Position numbers and translations under genes: made by a program. From NCBI GenBank assembly GCA_001179505.1, contig CDMY01000459.1, positions 1-64,000 on the forward strand: a DNA stretch of 64,000 nt, in the 5' to 3' direction. Positions within the stretch are counted from its first letter, which is position 1, and each line of letters starts with the position of its first letter. The notes below the pieces were generated by a model, which searched no databases, had not been told where the DNA came from, and was given only the letters and a program-made list of their open reading frames with translations. Below, one piece after another: positions 61,321-64,000 of this stretch. Source of the DNA: Vitrella brassicaformis CCMP3155 (taxonomy: Eukaryota > Protista > Chromerida).

Positions 61321-62650
61321 ATGAATTCCTTTTGCAGCGGCGTGCGCAGCCTTGCTGGGGGCATGGCTGCCACGAGCTCTTGCGTCGCATCGCCGTCGGT
61401 ACCCATGGCCCTCGAGCCGGCAGTGTATCCCTGTCTGATGATGCAGCAGCGCTTCAAGAGGAAGAAAAAGCGCAAGAGGGAGAGGCCGCACCCCACCGAG
61501 GAGCAAATCGAGACTAAAGCGAGGTGTGTCAGACGAGAGATGAGCCTTATGACTGACTGACGGGCGTGTGAATGATCTGTCTGTTGTGGATGGGTGAAGG
61601 GTGACTCCGATACGGCTGGAGGATCACCTTGGCAACCCTGAGCCTCCCTATTCTATTGCCAAGAACATCCGGCGGTCGATAGCTCGAATGGCGGCCGGCT
61701 GGAAGAGGCGGAGCGATTTCAGACGAATGAACCGATACAGGGTAATTAAGTACATAGACAACGGCCACGCTCCCCTGATGCGATGCCTTACTTTTGTGGT
61801 TGGTGCACTGCACTGCACAGGTGCTGAGTGCAGTGGGTCTGACGCACGACGATCCCGAGGAGAAGGTCAGCCGGGAGGGCTTCGTGACGCCTCTCACCCA
61901 GCTGCAGCACAACGCCCACCTTCCCAGATCCACACGTACGCACGTGTAGTGTGCGGTGCGGCTGACCTGACCACACGGCAGAAGCGAACAGGTCAGACAA
62001 CCGACGGTTGTTCTCTGTCGTGTCGTGTGTTGGCCGGGCAGTGCATGCGAGGTTCCGTTTCCCCCACACACTGCACTACAAGGCTCGGTGGGGCCCTCCA
62101 GTGACGGAGAAGGAGCCTCATGTGTACCAGTGTGTGGCATCCATGAGGCTCGACGACCTCAACCTCACGGAGAGGTGGGTGGCATCGCGATCATCGTAAC
62201 CACACACTCGTAGACGTTGTCTGTGTGTATGTGTGTTGATCTCATTTGTGTTGTGTGTCGGTGCAGGCAGGAGAAGAGGATGCTGGACATACTGGGACCG
62301 CTGCGGTGAGTGAGTGAGTGAGTGAGTGAGTGAGTGACGAGAGAGAATGATATCACACATCGGTAGAGATGGCTGGCTGTATGTATGTATGTATGTATGT
62401 GTGTATGTTTTTATGTGTGGATGTGTGTTATGTGTGTGTGCAGGTATGACCCCGCCACTCGTATGGTGATTCTGGAGGCTGACGCATTCCCGGACAGGAA
62501 CCACAACGCCGCCTATCTAGGTGGGTGGCTGTTGCACCAACACCACGGTGGTACTTCGGCACAGCCTTCATCCGTCACGTCGTGTGTGTTGTGCTGTGTG
62601 TGTCAGGTGATATCCTGGAGGTGCTGATGAGAAAGGCCAAGAAGGCGTGA
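61321..62650 (+). CDS. MRPS35: Mitochondrial ribosomal small-subunit protein mS35 (MRP-S28 family)
   Basis: Transit-like N-terminus (start at 61321 or 61264); C-terminal RFRFPHTLHY..VASMRLDDLNLTER|QEKRMLDILGPLR|YDPATRMVILEADAFPDRNHNAAYLG|DILEVLMRKAKKA*. Confidence 0.8.
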
Positions 62651-63260
62651 GATCTGAGCTGATCAGTCATTCATTCTTGTCTGCATTCGTGAATGGCCCC
62701 TGACGGAACGCCGCAGGCTGGTTGGTGCGGTACGTCGCAGGCCATGGCGAGCGCTGAGCGGGGATAGATTGGATGGAGTGTGGTGGGGTATCGGGTGTGT
62801 ACATGTAATATCGCACTTAGCTGGACGGGAAAGGCCGACTGTTTGTCTGTCGGCAAGTACTCATCATCGCTTTTGATGGTCGGATGAGCTCCTGCCAGTG
62901 GGTCTCACTGCGTTGCGTAAATTGGGGGCAACGCGGGGGCGTTGGCAACTGCAAGTTTTCGTGGATGTTCAAGAGTTCTTCCTCACCGTGAAATGAGGCT
63001 CCCAGGATGCCAGACGTCCTTCTCTTGGCCCTCATCGTCAGTCAGCACATCATGGAAGGCAAGTGCCGTCACGAAATTCAGCCGTTACGGCTCCACACCG
63101 CACCTCGTTGCTTCCCCTCTGAGTCAGGCGTCCAGATGGGCGCTCTTGCGGCAACTCCGCGCCCCGACACATGCCTCACCGACCGTGCTTAGCGAGTGAG
63201 GCACACATCTCCAATACAAGCCTGCACCTGCCAGTCTGAAGAATGTCTGTTTTTTTGCAG

Positions 63261-64000
63261 GTCAGGGCCGACAGTAATGAGATTGAGCAAAGTGCTGGAC
63301 TTCTATTCGCGGATGCCAATCTGACTGATTCGCCCACCAGCGAGGAACCCAATGATGCCTTTCACCGTTACACACAGAAACTCAAAGCCGCAGTCACACT
63401 GGTCAGTGACGAGGCAGGACCTCATCTTTGGCAGCGCTGGAATTGCGAGCGCCTATGTCGTGTGCAGGCAAGTATGGCAAAACAGAAGCGAGAGAAGATA
63501 CACGAGGGCCGTCCGTGGCTATCAGCGTCGACTGGGGAAGGCAATGAGGATGGCGGACCGGGTGAGGTCTCTGGCCTGACACGAGACATTGTCTGCTCCC
63601 TGATTAAGGTACGTATGTAATCGGAGCACCGCTCTGTTGACAAGGATCTACGAAGGACAACATTTCTTGGCTGTCAGATGTACCAGATGCGCGTCTAAAA
63701 CCGATTTGAGCAGCCAGTGCGTTCATCGGAAGTTCTCCTGTCGGCCGAGGCGGTCAAAGAGGCCGTCGAGGCAGTTGAGAGCGCAGGAGGCTTTGCTCTG
63801 TCTGCGGGGCGGGAGGGCGTAGAAATGTTCGATCTGGTGACCGAGATCACCCGATCCACGATGGAGACATGGAAGCCCCAGGACTCGCTCAATGACCTGA
63901 CGACTGATGCGACTGCCGGTCTCGCCAAACTCAAGCAAGAAGAGAGCAGGACGATGCGCCAGGCTGCACGAAGGACGCTGGCCACTGCCTCGTCCCTCGT
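63261..64000 (+). CDS. Partial hypothetical protein running off the window end
   Basis: Exon VRADSNEIEQ...RDIVCSLIK with a gtacgt donor, then an open frame PVRSSEVLLSAEAVKEAVE...RTLATASSL to the end of the window. Confidence 0.42.

Noticed and set aside
1-64000. Transposons, rRNA, tRNA, spliced-leader genes, telomeric arrays
   Set aside because: No RT/integrase/transposase motifs, TIR/TSD pairs, cloverleaf, rRNA-like sequence or dinoflagellate-type SL seen by eye. Dedicated scans were not run.

Overview
This is an intron-rich eukaryotic window. Short GT-AG introns are packed with (GT)n/(GA)n/(GACA)n/(GGAT)n microsatellites and usually end in ...gtgtgtgcag. That style, together with plastid-type and apicomplexan-like genes, suggests an alveolate chromerid such as Vitrella brassicaformis (inference from recall, not checked). 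I reconstructed about 25 gene models by hand-splicing, so exon boundaries are approximate. Housekeeping or recognisable genes: a SAM methyltransferase (partial), a CDK-like kinase, TYW1, RPL8/uL2, a DEK-C protein, a RETICULATA-related protein, a KCR/HSD17B12-type reductase, an F-box protein, a membrane RING E3 and mitoribosomal mS35. Unusual items: (1) A co-oriented trio at 6.9-17.2 kb: a Kazal domain fused to a bacterial-type glutamyl endopeptidase, a prokaryote/phage-like trypsin-fold protease, and a secreted double-domain acetamidase/formamidase. The two protease loci share a 37-bp near-identical element. (2) A beta-propeller (EKNW type) plus GT64 fusion. (3) A tandem alpha/beta hydrolase whose first domain lacks the catalytic Ser. 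(4) A V-ATPase-G-like protein with a long N-extension. (5) Three broken genes: a PH-like gene with an in-frame TAG and a frameshift, an AP-3 mu gene with an internal deletion and an 86-bp duplication, and a thioredoxin missing the xxWC of its active site. (6) About nine head-to-head gene pairs with very short spacers. There are three 300-N assembly gaps. I found no rRNA, tRNA, CRISPR array or transposase/RT.
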